From: a virus
DNA: 64,000 nucleotides
Virus record (IMG/VR): IMGVR_UViG_3300028800_000061
Location: 1 to 64,000 of that record
Strand: one strand, 5' to 3'
Position 1 is the first letter of the stretch. The number at the start of each line of letters is the position of its first letter. The translations under genes were made by a program, and so were the position numbers. Below are positions 19,067 to 28,949 of this stretch, piece after piece. The notes under the pieces are model-generated. The model was not told the origin of the DNA. It was given only the letters and a program-made list of their open reading frames with translations, and ran no database searches.

Positions 19067-20188
19067 GTGAAGGCCACTATCGGCCGGGCGGACCTCGCTG
19101 GGATCACCGGATGGGCAGCCAGAGTGCTGGCTGCCCGCCCAGCGATCCCGGTCCTCGCCGGCATCGAGATCACAGCAGACGACGATCATCTGACAGCCCG
19201 CGGCACCGACTACGACGAGTGGGCATCCGCGACTGCACCTGCCCGGATCGGTGAGCCAGGAACGATCGTTGTCCCCGGCAGGCTGTTCACCGAGATCAGC
19301 AAGCTCCTGCCCGACAAGCCTGTCGAGCTGACCGCCGATGACGCCATGGCCACCGTGACGTGCGGCCCGTGCACGTACAAGCTGCACCTGATACCCCACG
19401 ATGACTATCCGGCAATCCCCGATACCCCGGTCACCGCGGGCACAATCCCGGCTGCGGCACTTTCGGAAGCTCTCGGCGCGGTACTGCCAGCGGTCTCCCG
19501 AACAGGAGGCGGCACCCCGCTCGACGGGGTCCACATTGAGAGCGATGGAACCACGTTGCAGTTGTGCGCGACGGACAAGTACCGGGCTGCCGCATTCAAG
19601 ACCCCGTGGACCCCGGTGCACAAGGACGACGTGAAGGTGACCGTCAACGCGGACAAACTGTCAGCGCTTACCAGGGCCGCCGTGGAGATCGGTGACATGG
19701 CAATCTGCTTCTCCGCGATGGAAGGAGGGGGCGCTGGCCTGATCGGGTTCACCGTCGCGGGCCGGTCACTCGCGGTACGGCTGATCGGCGGCGATTACCC
19801 GTCGGTCAGCCGGCTGTTCCCTGCCGAGTTCACCAGGCAGGCCACAGTCGACACTGAGGTGCTGGCCGATGCGGTGAAGCGGGCCACCACGGTCCTGGGG
19901 CAGCATGAGCCGGTCATCCTGACTGTCACCCAGGGCGAAATGCTGCTCGCCGCAGGCTGGGAGAGCGGTGCAGGGTTCCGTGAATCGTTCCCCTGCGAAC
20001 TGGAGGGCGGTGACTGGTCAACTGGGTACAAGCCGCAGTACCTGCTCGACGGCCTGATCGCCACCCGCGCCGCCCGGGTGAAAATCGGCTGGACGGCGGA
20101 AAGGCGCCCGTGCCTGATCACCCCAGCGGAAGAGACACAGCCCGGTTTCCAGTACCTGCTCATGCCTCTCATCCCCGGGCGTAACTGA
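19067..20188 (+). CDS. dnaN: DNA polymerase III beta clamp
   Basis: PAIPVLAGI, GTDY, ATDKYR, RLIGGDYP, YLLDGL, YLLMP. Confidence 0.92.
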   Translation: MKATIGRADLAGITGWAARVLAARPAIPVLAGIEITADDDHLTARGTDYDEWASATAPARIGEPGTIVVPGRLFTEISKLLPDKPVELTADDAMATVTCGPCTYKLHLIPHDDYPAIPDTPVTAGTIPAAALSEALGAVLPAVSRTGGGTPLDGVHIESDGTTLQLCATDKYRAAAFKTPWTPVHKDDVKVTVNADKLSALTRAAVEIGDMAICFSAMEGGGAGLIGFTVAGRSLAVRLIGGDYPSVSRLFPAEFTRQATVDTEVLADAVKRATTVLGQHEPVILTVTQGEMLLAAGWESGAGFRESFPCELEGGDWSTGYKPQYLLDGLIATRAARVKIGWTAERRPCLITPAEETQPGFQYLLMPLIPGRN

Positions 20189-20218
20189 GCGAGAAAGGGC
20201 CACCCGCCAAGGACTGCC

Positions 20219-20497
20219 ATGCTGCACATCAACACGATCACGGCACACACCGCGGGATGCGTACTGGCGTTCCTGGCCGGGGGAGTGTGCGGTTGGGCCG
20301 GACGGGCGGCAGATCTTCACGGGCGGGCGGCGGCGTGGGCCGCCGCCCGCGCCCGGGCCACCTGGTTCGTTGACCGCCGGCCGTGCCGGGGGTGCGCGAA
20401 ACACGTGCATCTCATGCGTCACATCAGCGACTTGGAACACGCCGAATCACATGATGACGGATACCGCTGCCTGATTTGCGCCGGGCCAGCCCGGTAA
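20219..20497 (+). CDS. Hypothetical protein
   Basis: SD AAGGA; TM plus Cys/His motifs. Confidence 0.5.
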   Translation: MLHINTITAHTAGCVLAFLAGGVCGWAGRAADLHGRAAAWAAARARATWFVDRRPCRGCAKHVHLMRHISDLEHAESHDDGYRCLICAGPAR

Positions 20498-20556
20498 AGG
20501 CGTAATCGCAGTTAGTTCCCTGGAAAGCATTTACCACAAGCCAATTCTCATGTAGG

Positions 20557-20588
20557 TTGTACGTACAAAGTAGACGGTACGGACAACC
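20557..20588. promoter_or_regulatory. Palindromic operator TTGTACGTACAA plus variant
   Basis: Perfect 12-bp palindrome 20557-20568; GGTACGGACAACC 20576-20588. Confidence 0.65.
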
Positions 20589-20695
20589 GGGCGACGATGA
20601 CCCGCTGAGCACCAAAAGGACCGCCTGTGCGGGCGGTATCAGCGACCCAGAGGAGACACCGCCATGGATGTCCCACGTCTCGAAGCGGCCACCAG

Positions 20696-23600
20696 GTGAC
20701 CGCCGCGACCGTGGCCGACCAGGCCCACATCCAGCACTCACTGTTCGACGAGCCCAAGCCGGAGCAGCCGCAGGCACCAGTGCCGCCGCGGCCGCCGCGA
20801 GAGCAGGCCGACTACGCGCCCTCCGGTGTCGCCGCCCGGATCAACGCCAACATGGAAGCGCTCGTCACCATCCTGTTGCTCCAGGCAGAGCAGCGGGAAG
20901 CCACCGAGCAGGAGCGGCAGGTACTGCAACGGTGGTCAGGGTGGGGTGCCACCCCGGAACTGTTCGACCCGGCCAAACCCAAGTGGCAGCCGGTCCGCGA
21001 CAAGCTCCGGCAGATCCTCGGCGCCCGAGGGTACGACGCGGCGAGAACAAGCACCCTGAACGCCCACTACACCGACGTTGCGCTGGCCGACACAATCTGG
21101 GCTGGTGTCGCGCAGTTCGGTTTCACCGGCGGCACCGTGCTGGAGCCCGGCTGCGGATCAGGTAACTTCCTCGGCGGCGCACCAGCCACCGCGCAAATGA
21201 CCGGGGTTGAACTCGACCCGACCACGGCCGTGATCGCCCAGTGGCTGAACCTGGACGCCGAAGTGCAGACCGGCACCTTCGCCGGGTTCCGTGCACCACC
21301 GCGCCCGTTCGACCTGGCCATCGGGAATGTGCCGTTCGGGAAGATCTACCTGACCGACCGGGAGTACAACCCGGATGGCTTCGCCATCCACAACCACTTC
21401 ATCATCCGGGCGTTGCACCTGACCCGCCCGGGCGGCCTGGTGGCAATGATCACCAGCAAGTACACGATGGACGCGGAAACCGCTGCACACCGCGAAGTGA
21501 TCGCCGACCTCGCTGACCTGGTGACAGCGATACGGCTGCCATCCACAGCGCACCAGCGCGCCGCCGGCACCAAAGTCGTCTCCGATCTGCTCATTTTGCG
21601 GCGCAGGGAGCCCGGGCGGATGCCCGCGCCGGTCCGCTGGCTGAAAACCCGCACCGTCCACCTCGACGGATACGACATCCCAGTCAACGAGTACTTCCTG
21701 GATAATCCCGGCCAGGTTCTCGGGACGCTCGGCGGCCGCAGCGGGCAGTTCCGGGGCGAACTGGAAGTCACGCTGAAAGGCCGGAGCCTGCCCGGCCAGC
21801 TCGCCCGCGCGCTCGCCGAAGCCGCCGCCCGCGCCGCCGCAGACGGCCTGACGTGGACCGCGCCCGGTGAGATGGCCGCCGCCCCGTCAGCGGGGGAGCG
21901 GACCTCAGACCAGGACGGCCACATCAGCGCCGACCCGCTCGGCACTTTCCACATCGCCCGCCACGGGTACTTGCAGCAGTACGTGGTGGCCGCATCCCAG
22001 GCCCGCGAACTTCGGGCGCTCCTGCAACTCCGCGACATCGCCCTGCAGCTGCTCGACGCGCAAGCGGACACCACCGAAGACTCCCCGGCGATCACCGTGC
22101 TCCGCTCCCAGTTGAACCGGGCCTACGACACGTACGCCGCCAAGTACGGCACAATCAACCGGTTCACCATCCAGACCACCAGCCGGATCAACCCGGACAC
22201 GAAACTGCCAGCGATCCGGCGGATCCGGCCGAAGCAAGGCGGGCTGCGGAACGACCCGCACTCCGCTTTGGTGTACGCGCTGGAAGTGTTCGACCCCATC
22301 TCCCAGACCGCTGCGAAAGCGCGGATTTTCACTGAGCGGGTCATCACGAAGCGGGTACCGCCGAGCAGCGCGGAGAACGCGGCGGACGCGCTAGCGATCT
22401 GCATGGACATGCACGGTGAGCCGCGGCTGCCGGTCATCGCTCGCCTGCTCGATGTCACCCAGGAGGACGCCGGCCGGGAACTGACCGGCCTGGTGTACAG
22501 CGACCCGGTCACCCGGGAGCTGATCCACAAAGCGGAGTACCTGTCCGGTGAGGTCCGCACCAAGCTGGCCATAGCGGAGCGGGCCGCGCTCGACGAGCCT
22601 GCGTTCCGGCCAAACGTCGAAGCTTTGCGTGCCGCACTGCCAGTAGATCTGCTGCCCACCGATATCACGGCCCGCCTGGGGGCGTCGTGGATTGACGCCG
22701 TGTACGTGCAGCAGTTCGCCGCGCAGATCCTCGAAGATCGCACGGTCAACATCGAGCACCCTGGCGGCCAGATCTGGAAGGTGACCGGCCGCCGCGACTC
22801 GGTGCACGCCTGCTCAACATGGGGCACTTCCCGCGCCTCCGCGATCGACATGATCGAGTCCTTGCTGTGCCAGCGGCCCATTCAGGTCCGTGACCGGCAG
22901 TTCGACGGCTCGTACCTGGTGAACGTCGCCGAAACACTCGCGGCGGTCGACAAAGCCAGCGAGATCGCCGAACGGTTCGGTGAGTGGGTGTGGGAGCAGC
23001 CGGACCGGGCTGAGAAGCTCGCCCGCACCTACAACGACATGTTCAACTCCACCGTCCTGCGCTCATACGACTTCGGTGATGACGAAACACCGATGTCGCT
23101 GCCAGGGCTGACAACTGCTGGCGGGTGGAAACCACGCCGGCACCAGTACGCGGCAGTAGCCCGGATCATCAATGAGCCCGCGGTCGGGTTGTTCCACGAG
23201 GTCGGCGCAGGCAAAACCGCCGAAATGATCATCGGCATGATGGAGTTGCGCAGGCTCGGGCTGGTCCGCAAGCCCGTGGTCGTGGTGCCAAACCACATGC
23301 TTGAGCAGTTCTCACGCGACTGGCTCCAGCTGTACCCGCAAGCCAAAGTGCTGGTCGCTTTCGGTGAGGACCTGGTCGGCCAGGGCCGCCGCCGGTTCGT
23401 AGCCCGCTGCGCAACCGGCGACTGGGACGGCATCATCATCTCCCGCTCCGCATTCGAGCTGATCCCCATGTCAGCGGACTCCCAGCGTGACTACATGGAA
23501 CGCGAGATGGAGATCTTCAAGCGCTGGAAGAAGATCGCGGAGACACACGCCAAGGACACGGTCAAGCAGATCGAGCGGATCCTGTTGAACAAGCAGGAGC

Positions 23601-25819
23601 GCATGGAAAGGAAACTCGACAAGCTAAAAGACCCCGGGCTGTGCTTCGAGGAAACCGGCATCGACTACCTGTGCTGCGATGAAGCGCACTACTACAAAAA
23701 CCTGCATGTCGATTCCGCGATCCCCGGTGCAGGCAAACCGGGCGCCGCACGTGCCGCCGATATCGAAATGAAGATCATGTACCTGCGGCAGCGTAACGGT
23801 AAGCGCGTGGTCACATTCGCCACCGCCACCCCCGTAGCCAACTCGATCGCCGAAATGTATGTCATTCAGCGGTACCTGCGACCCGACCTGCTCGAAGCCC
23901 GCGGCATCGACGTGTTCGACACGTGGGCGGCGACCTTCGGGATTTCCGTCACGGAAATCGAGATGGCCCCCGAAGGTGGCGCTAACTTCCGGTCGAAGAC
24001 CAGGTTCTCCAAGTTCTGCAACGTGCCCGAACTGCTCCGCATGTTCGCGGTGTTCGGTGATGTCAAAACCGCCGAGGACCTGAACCTCCCAGCGCCCGCC
24101 CTCGCCCAGCGTGAGTCCGACGAGCAGCGGCTGCCCGAGACTGTGGTCGTCCCGCCGTACAACGCGCTCCGCGAGTACATCCGGTGGCTTGGCCAGCGTG
24201 CCGAGGAAATCCGCCAGCACAACGTCGAGCCTGAGATCGACAACATGCTGAAGATCTGCACCGGCGGCCGGAAAGCCACTCTCAACATGCGCCTGGTCGA
24301 AACCGAGGCTTACCAGGACGGGTTGCCGCCGAACGACTGGGACTGGCGCCTGGCCCAGCACCTCGAAAACTTCGAGCCGTCCTCCGAGGAAGAAGCGCTC
24401 GCCGCAGCCGGGAAGGTCGGCGCGGCCGCCGACCGGATCCACAAGATCTGGCTGGCCAACAGGGACCACCAGTACCCGGTAGACCCGGGCAACCCGGACG
24501 GGCCCATGTCACCTGTCTCCGGCTCCCTGCAACTGATGTTCTGCGACATGGCCACCCCCGGCAAGGACCGGATCTGGGACGCCTACACCGCGCTCCGCGC
24601 CGAGCTCGCTGCCCGCGGCATGGACCCGGCGACGATCCGGTTCATGCACAACGCGAAAACTGACCGGGACAAAGCTGAACTGTTCGCAGCGTGCCGCGCC
24701 GGCTCGGTCACCGTGCTCATGGGTTCCACGGAGAAAATGGGTGTCGGTGTCAACGTGCAGGACCGGCTGATCGCCCTGCACCACCTCGACGCCCCATGGC
24801 GCCCGGCCGATGTGCACCAGCGCGACGGCCGTGGCATCCGCCAGGGCAACCTCAACCCCGAAGTGATGATCTTCCGGTATGTGGTCGAAGCCTCGTTTGA
24901 CGCGTATATGTGGCAGACCCTTGAGCGCAAAGCACGGTTCATAGCGCAGGTGATGCGCGGCAGACTAGACACACGGGAGATTGAGGACGTCGGGGACAAT
25001 ACTTTGTCGTTCGCTGAAGTGAAAGCGCTGGCCACCGGTAACCCGCTCCTGATGGAGCACGCGCAAGCCACCACCGAGCTGGCCCGCTTGCAGCGTGCCG
25101 CCCGGGCGCACGACCGGAACCTGTCCGGCCTGCAATCGGCGGTCACCGCGATGAACGGCAAGGTCAACTGGTTCCACAGCCGGATCGAGGACATCGAGCG
25201 GGCCATCGCGATCCGGTTGCCGACCCGCGGTGACCTGTTCTCCATGACCCTCGAAGGTGTCGATTACACCAAGCGCGCGGACGCCGGCGCCCACTTGAAG
25301 CGGCTGATCATCGACGAGCTGATGACGATGAACAGCCACGACATCCGCACATTCCGCCCGGGCACGTTCGCTGGTTTCCAGATCTTCGGGAAGATCGCCC
25401 GGTTCATGGGCACGGTCACCATCACCATCGAACTGGATGGCGCCCCCAGTGCCACGTTGGAACTGCGGCCGAAAGAAGTTCACGACGCTGACCCGGCGGG
25501 CCTGATCGCCCGCATGGAGCACCGCGCGGAGCGCATGGAAACCGCCGTCGAGGACGCCCGCGCCGAAATCGAACGGCTCACCAGGGAAACCGAGCGCGCC
25601 CGCGCCGGCCTGGCCGGGACGTTCGCCAAAGCCGCCGAGCTGGAGGCGGCACGCGCCCGCGTCGGAGAAATCAACACGCAGATCGCTGACCTGGCCAAAA
25701 CCCAGGCAGCCGAGCAGGCAGCAGGGGACAAGGCCCGCGATGACGCTGCCCGGGCGACACGGGCCGCAGCGCGGGCAGTTGACATGGCCGCCGCGCAACC
25801 CGTCCCTGCTGCCGCCTGA
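20696..25819 (+). CDS. DarB-like N6-adenine methyltransferase-SNF2 helicase fusion
   Basis: LEPGCGSGNF, GNVPF, HEVGAGKT, DEAHYYKN, ATATPVANS, QRDGRGIRQGN; ~1700 aa. Confidence 0.92.
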   Translation: MTAATVADQAHIQHSLFDEPKPEQPQAPVPPRPPREQADYAPSGVAARINANMEALVTILLLQAEQREATEQERQVLQRWSGWGATPELFDPAKPKWQPVRDKLRQILGARGYDAARTSTLNAHYTDVALADTIWAGVAQFGFTGGTVLEPGCGSGNFLGGAPATAQMTGVELDPTTAVIAQWLNLDAEVQTGTFAGFRAPPRPFDLAIGNVPFGKIYLTDREYNPDGFAIHNHFIIRALHLTRPGGLVAMITSKYTMDAETAAHREVIADLADLVTAIRLPSTAHQRAAGTKVVSDLLILRRREPGRMPAPVRWLKTRTVHLDGYDIPVNEYFLDNPGQVLGTLGGRSGQFRGELEVTLKGRSLPGQLARALAEAAARAAADGLTWTAPGEMAAAPSAGERTSDQDGHISADPLGTFHIARHGYLQQYVVAASQARELRALLQLRDIALQLLDAQADTTEDSPAITVLRSQLNRAYDTYAAKYGTINRFTIQTTSRINPDTKLPAIRRIRPKQGGLRNDPHSALVYALEVFDPISQTAAKARIFTERVITKRVPPSSAENAADALAICMDMHGEPRLPVIARLLDVTQEDAGRELTGLVYSDPVTRELIHKAEYLSGEVRTKLAIAERAALDEPAFRPNVEALRAALPVDLLPTDITARLGASWIDAVYVQQFAAQILEDRTVNIEHPGGQIWKVTGRRDSVHACSTWGTSRASAIDMIESLLCQRPIQVRDRQFDGSYLVNVAETLAAVDKASEIAERFGEWVWEQPDRAEKLARTYNDMFNSTVLRSYDFGDDETPMSLPGLTTAGGWKPRRHQYAAVARIINEPAVGLFHEVGAGKTAEMIIGMMELRRLGLVRKPVVVVPNHMLEQFSRDWLQLYPQAKVLVAFGEDLVGQGRRRFVARCATGDWDGIIISRSAFELIPMSADSQRDYMEREMEIFKRWKKIAETHAKDTVKQIERILLNKQERMERKLDKLKDPGLCFEETGIDYLCCDEAHYYKNLHVDSAIPGAGKPGAARAADIEMKIMYLRQRNGKRVVTFATATPVANSIAEMYVIQRYLRPDLLEARGIDVFDTWAATFGISVTEIEMAPEGGANFRSKTRFSKFCNVPELLRMFAVFGDVKTAEDLNLPAPALAQRESDEQRLPETVVVPPYNALREYIRWLGQRAEEIRQHNVEPEIDNMLKICTGGRKATLNMRLVETEAYQDGLPPNDWDWRLAQHLENFEPSSEEEALAAAGKVGAAADRIHKIWLANRDHQYPVDPGNPDGPMSPVSGSLQLMFCDMATPGKDRIWDAYTALRAELAARGMDPATIRFMHNAKTDRDKAELFAACRAGSVTVLMGSTEKMGVGVNVQDRLIALHHLDAPWRPADVHQRDGRGIRQGNLNPEVMIFRYVVEASFDAYMWQTLERKARFIAQVMRGRLDTREIEDVGDNTLSFAEVKALATGNPLLMEHAQATTELARLQRAARAHDRNLSGLQSAVTAMNGKVNWFHSRIEDIERAIAIRLPTRGDLFSMTLEGVDYTKRADAGAHLKRLIIDELMTMNSHDIRTFRPGTFAGFQIFGKIARFMGTVTITIELDGAPSATLELRPKEVHDADPAGLIARMEHRAERMETAVEDARAEIERLTRETERARAGLAGTFAKAAELEAARARVGEINTQIADLAKTQAAEQAAGDKARDDAARATRAAARAVDMAAAQPVPAAA

Positions 25820-25854
25820 CCAGCGCACCACCAACCAAGGGGAGAACTGAGCCT

Positions 25855-27864
25855 TTGACTGCCACCACCAGTGAACTGACCTGGGTGTCACCGCAGCCGC
25901 CACCGCGGTGGTCGCGCGCAGGAGCTACGGCGCAGGCCGCAGCGCACGCGCCAGATCTTGAAGCGGGCATCTTCTTCGCCGGCGCCGGCGGGGACGCCCA
26001 GGGGACCGCGATGGTCCCCGGCGTCCGCGTGAAGTGGGCGGCGAACCACTGGGATCGCGCCCTCGAAACCCACGCACTGAACTTCCCAAAGGCTGATCAC
26101 TTCCACTGTGACCTGCACGCCGAGGACACACCGAAACCGATCGCACCAGCCCGGAAGATCACAGACTTCCCGTTGTGCGATATCAAATGGGACAGCCCGG
26201 AGTGCACCTTCTGGACCCAGTCCCGGGGGGACCGCCGGGACTGGGATAAGCAACCGGATCTGTTCGGCGAGACCCTCCCCGATGCGGCAGCCGAGCGCTC
26301 CCGCTCCCTGATGTGGGATGTGATCGCCTACCTGGAGATGGCCGCAGGCAAAGGCCACCCGGTCCTCGGCGGCATCGTCGAGAACGTCGTCGAAGCCCGC
26401 AAGGGCCCGCAATGGGACCAGTGGATCAAAGCGTTCCACAACCTTGGCTACAAAACATGGGTGATCGCACTCAACTCGATGCACGCCCGCCCGGAACGCT
26501 CCCCGCTCGCCCCCCAATCCCGCGACCGCCTGTACGTCGGGTACGTCCTGGCCAGCCTCGGCCGGGAGCCGGACTGGAACCGGTGGCTCCGGCCGAAAGC
26601 CTGGTGCCCGGTCTGCGAGGAGCTCATCAACGCGTTCCAATCGTGGAAGAAGCCCGGGCAGGACATGGGCCGGTACCGGTCCCAGTACGTGTACCGGTGC
26701 CCGAACCGGTCATGCCGCAACCAGATCGTTGACCCCGGCGCTCTGCCCGCCGCGGCGATCATCGACTGGTCGTTGCAAGGGCAGCGGATCGGTGACCGGG
26801 CCCGCCCGCTGGCACCGAAAACCAGGGCAAGAATCCTTGCGGGCCTGCGGAAGTACGCCCCGCAGCCGATCACCCTCGAAGCTGCAGGTCACACATTTGA
26901 GCGACGGCCAGGTGTCCGGACATGGCCCGTGTCCTGGCCGATGACCACACAGGGTGCGACGGAAACGAAAGCGCTCGCGTGGGATCCGATGCTCGTCCCA
27001 ACCGGCGGCACCTGGCGGGAGGACGCAACCTCGGTCACGCAACCATCACCAACCAGGACCACCCGCGAGAACGACGGGATAGCCATCCCGCCGCCGTTCC
27101 TCGTGCCGCTGCGATCCGGGCGGAACAGGTCGATGCTGGCCACTGATCCGCTGGCCACAGTGGTAGCGGACGGCTCAAACCACGGGCTCGCGGTGCCACC
27201 GTTTATCACTGTGCTTCGCGGCGGCCAGGACGCCAACTCGGTGGAGCAGCCGCTCACCACCGTGGCGACATCAGGGGCGCACCACGGGCTGACCATCCCG
27301 CCGTTCGTCACGGTGCACCGCGGCGGCGACGGTGACCTGCGCACCCGCCCGGCCAGCGAGCCGTTGCCTGGCATTACAGCAGGCGGGATCAATCACGGGC
27401 TGGCCATCCCACCGGGGATGATGATGCGGAACAACGGCTCCCGTGGCGACGGGGGAGAGCACTGCACCCCGCTATCGGAGCCGGCACGGACACTCACCAC
27501 CGCAGGCCATCAATCGCTGGTGACCTGGCAGGAGATCCTGCCGCTCCTGGTGCCGTACTACACCACGGGCACAGCCCGCCCGCTCACCGAGCCGGCCGGG
27601 ACCTTGTCAACGGTGGAGCGGTACGGACTGGCCGACGCTGACGTGATCGAAGGCGTGGTTGCCGACCTGATTGACGATGTGCGGTTCCGCATGCTGGAGC
27701 CAGCGGAGATCGGCGGCGCGATGGCGTTCCACACCCTGTATGAGGTGCTCGGTAACCGCCGCGAGGTCATCCGCCAGTACGGCAACGCGGTCACACCGTG
27801 CACTGCGGAGGTCCTGATGGCCGCGATCGTCGAGGCGGTACGCGGGTACGCGCTCGCAGCATAA
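25855..27864 (+). CDS. C5 DNA cytosine methyltransferase with internal repeats
   Basis: FFAGAGG, SPECT, VENV, QSRDR, GNAVTP; repeated PLxT...HGLxxPP units. Confidence 0.92.
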   Translation: MTATTSELTWVSPQPPPRWSRAGATAQAAAHAPDLEAGIFFAGAGGDAQGTAMVPGVRVKWAANHWDRALETHALNFPKADHFHCDLHAEDTPKPIAPARKITDFPLCDIKWDSPECTFWTQSRGDRRDWDKQPDLFGETLPDAAAERSRSLMWDVIAYLEMAAGKGHPVLGGIVENVVEARKGPQWDQWIKAFHNLGYKTWVIALNSMHARPERSPLAPQSRDRLYVGYVLASLGREPDWNRWLRPKAWCPVCEELINAFQSWKKPGQDMGRYRSQYVYRCPNRSCRNQIVDPGALPAAAIIDWSLQGQRIGDRARPLAPKTRARILAGLRKYAPQPITLEAAGHTFERRPGVRTWPVSWPMTTQGATETKALAWDPMLVPTGGTWREDATSVTQPSPTRTTRENDGIAIPPPFLVPLRSGRNRSMLATDPLATVVADGSNHGLAVPPFITVLRGGQDANSVEQPLTTVATSGAHHGLTIPPFVTVHRGGDGDLRTRPASEPLPGITAGGINHGLAIPPGMMMRNNGSRGDGGEHCTPLSEPARTLTTAGHQSLVTWQEILPLLVPYYTTGTARPLTEPAGTLSTVERYGLADADVIEGVVADLIDDVRFRMLEPAEIGGAMAFHTLYEVLGNRREVIRQYGNAVTPCTAEVLMAAIVEAVRGYALAA

Positions 27865-27889
27865 ACCGTAAACGTCTGTACGCTACCGC

Positions 27890-27934
27890 TTGTACGTACA
27901 TTCGTAACCCGGTATGGTTGCCCTATACAAAGTT
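27890..27934 (+). promoter_or_regulatory. Promoter with overlapping TTGTACGTACA operator
   Basis: TTGTAC(27890)-N17-TATGGT(27913). Confidence 0.65.
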
Positions 27935-27965
27935 AAACGCTACGTAGGAGGCCTTGCAAGGCGCT

Positions 27966-28274
27966 ATGGCTACCACCAGCACAACTGGCAAAGTGCCAAC
28001 CCCCAGGCGCGTGTCCGCCAGCCTGTCCTACGCCGGGCACACGGTCTCCAAACGGGACCGCCACGAGCCGGCACCCCGGATGACCGAGGGGTACAAGGTC
28101 ACCGGCCTGCCCACCGGCATGGTGCGCGTCGAGCACGTCGTCTGGGACCACACCGGTTACCGCGCAAAGATCGACACCGCCCTTAAGAAGTACACGACCA
28201 CACTCACCGGCGCCGGATACCAGGTGGCTGCCGAAGACGGCGTGCTGTACGTCACCGCCAAGACGGAGACCTGA
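27966..28274 (+). CDS. Hypothetical protein
   Basis: SD AGGAGG upstream. Confidence 0.65.
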   Translation: MATTSTTGKVPTPRRVSASLSYAGHTVSKRDRHEPAPRMTEGYKVTGLPTGMVRVEHVVWDHTGYRAKIDTALKKYTTTLTGAGYQVAAEDGVLYVTAKTET

Positions 28275-28275
28275 C

Positions 28276-28479
28276 ATGTTCGACATCCTGTGCGCACTGC
28301 TCGGGCCCCGCACCTGCCCGTGGTGCAGGACTCGGAGCACGGACACACCTCTCGACTGGCTCGTTGACCGGATACCGCGCTGGATGCTGCGGATCTGGAT
28401 ACTGCCTGACCCTCTGATCGCCCGTGCTGGCATCCACTGGTGCAACAAACACCACACCGTCAAGAAGGGGGCAACCTGA
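28276..28479 (+). CDS. Small Cys-containing protein
   Basis: SD GGAG, coupled. Confidence 0.5.
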   Translation: MFDILCALLGPRTCPWCRTRSTDTPLDWLVDRIPRWMLRIWILPDPLIARAGIHWCNKHHTVKKGAT

Positions 28480-28949
28480 TGGGCATCCTTGCCAGTGTCC
28501 CGACTGGGCTGTCCGGCACCCGCCACCAGCTGACCGACAAGCAGCTCGCGATCCTGACATTCGCGCTCACAGCCGCCCGCCCGGAGCGGGTGGACCACGG
28601 CATGTGCACCGGCCTCGATGAGACCGGAAACGACATCGCCCGCAGCTTGGGTGTCCCCACGCACGGTTACCCGGCCGACGATGTCAGCCTGCGGTGGCGC
28701 TCCATCTGCCAGGTCGATGTCATGCACCCGCCGCAGCGGGCACCGGTCCGGACCCGGCACATCGCCACCATCACCAGTCAGCTGATCGTCGTACCGACTA
28801 CCCGGACACAGCAGTGGCGCGGCTCCGGGACGTGGATTGCTATCCGGACAGCATGGGCGTTGCACCGGCCCGTGCACGCAATCTTCCCAGGCGAAGACGA
28901 GATCTGGGAAAACTTCCAGCCGGCCGACCTGGAAAGGACACGAGCATGA
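28479..28949 (+). CDS. SLOG-superfamily protein
   Basis: GLSGTR...DHGMCTGLD...RTRHI...SGTWIAIRTA pattern. Confidence 0.65.
   Translation: MGILASVPTGLSGTRHQLTDKQLAILTFALTAARPERVDHGMCTGLDETGNDIARSLGVPTHGYPADDVSLRWRSICQVDVMHPPQRAPVRTRHIATITSQLIVVPTTRTQQWRGSGTWIAIRTAWALHRPVHAIFPGEDEIWENFQPADLERTRA

Noticed and set aside
26950-27630. Repeated units in the C5 methyltransferase
   Set aside because: Peptide-level repeats common in this phage methylase type; not separate elements
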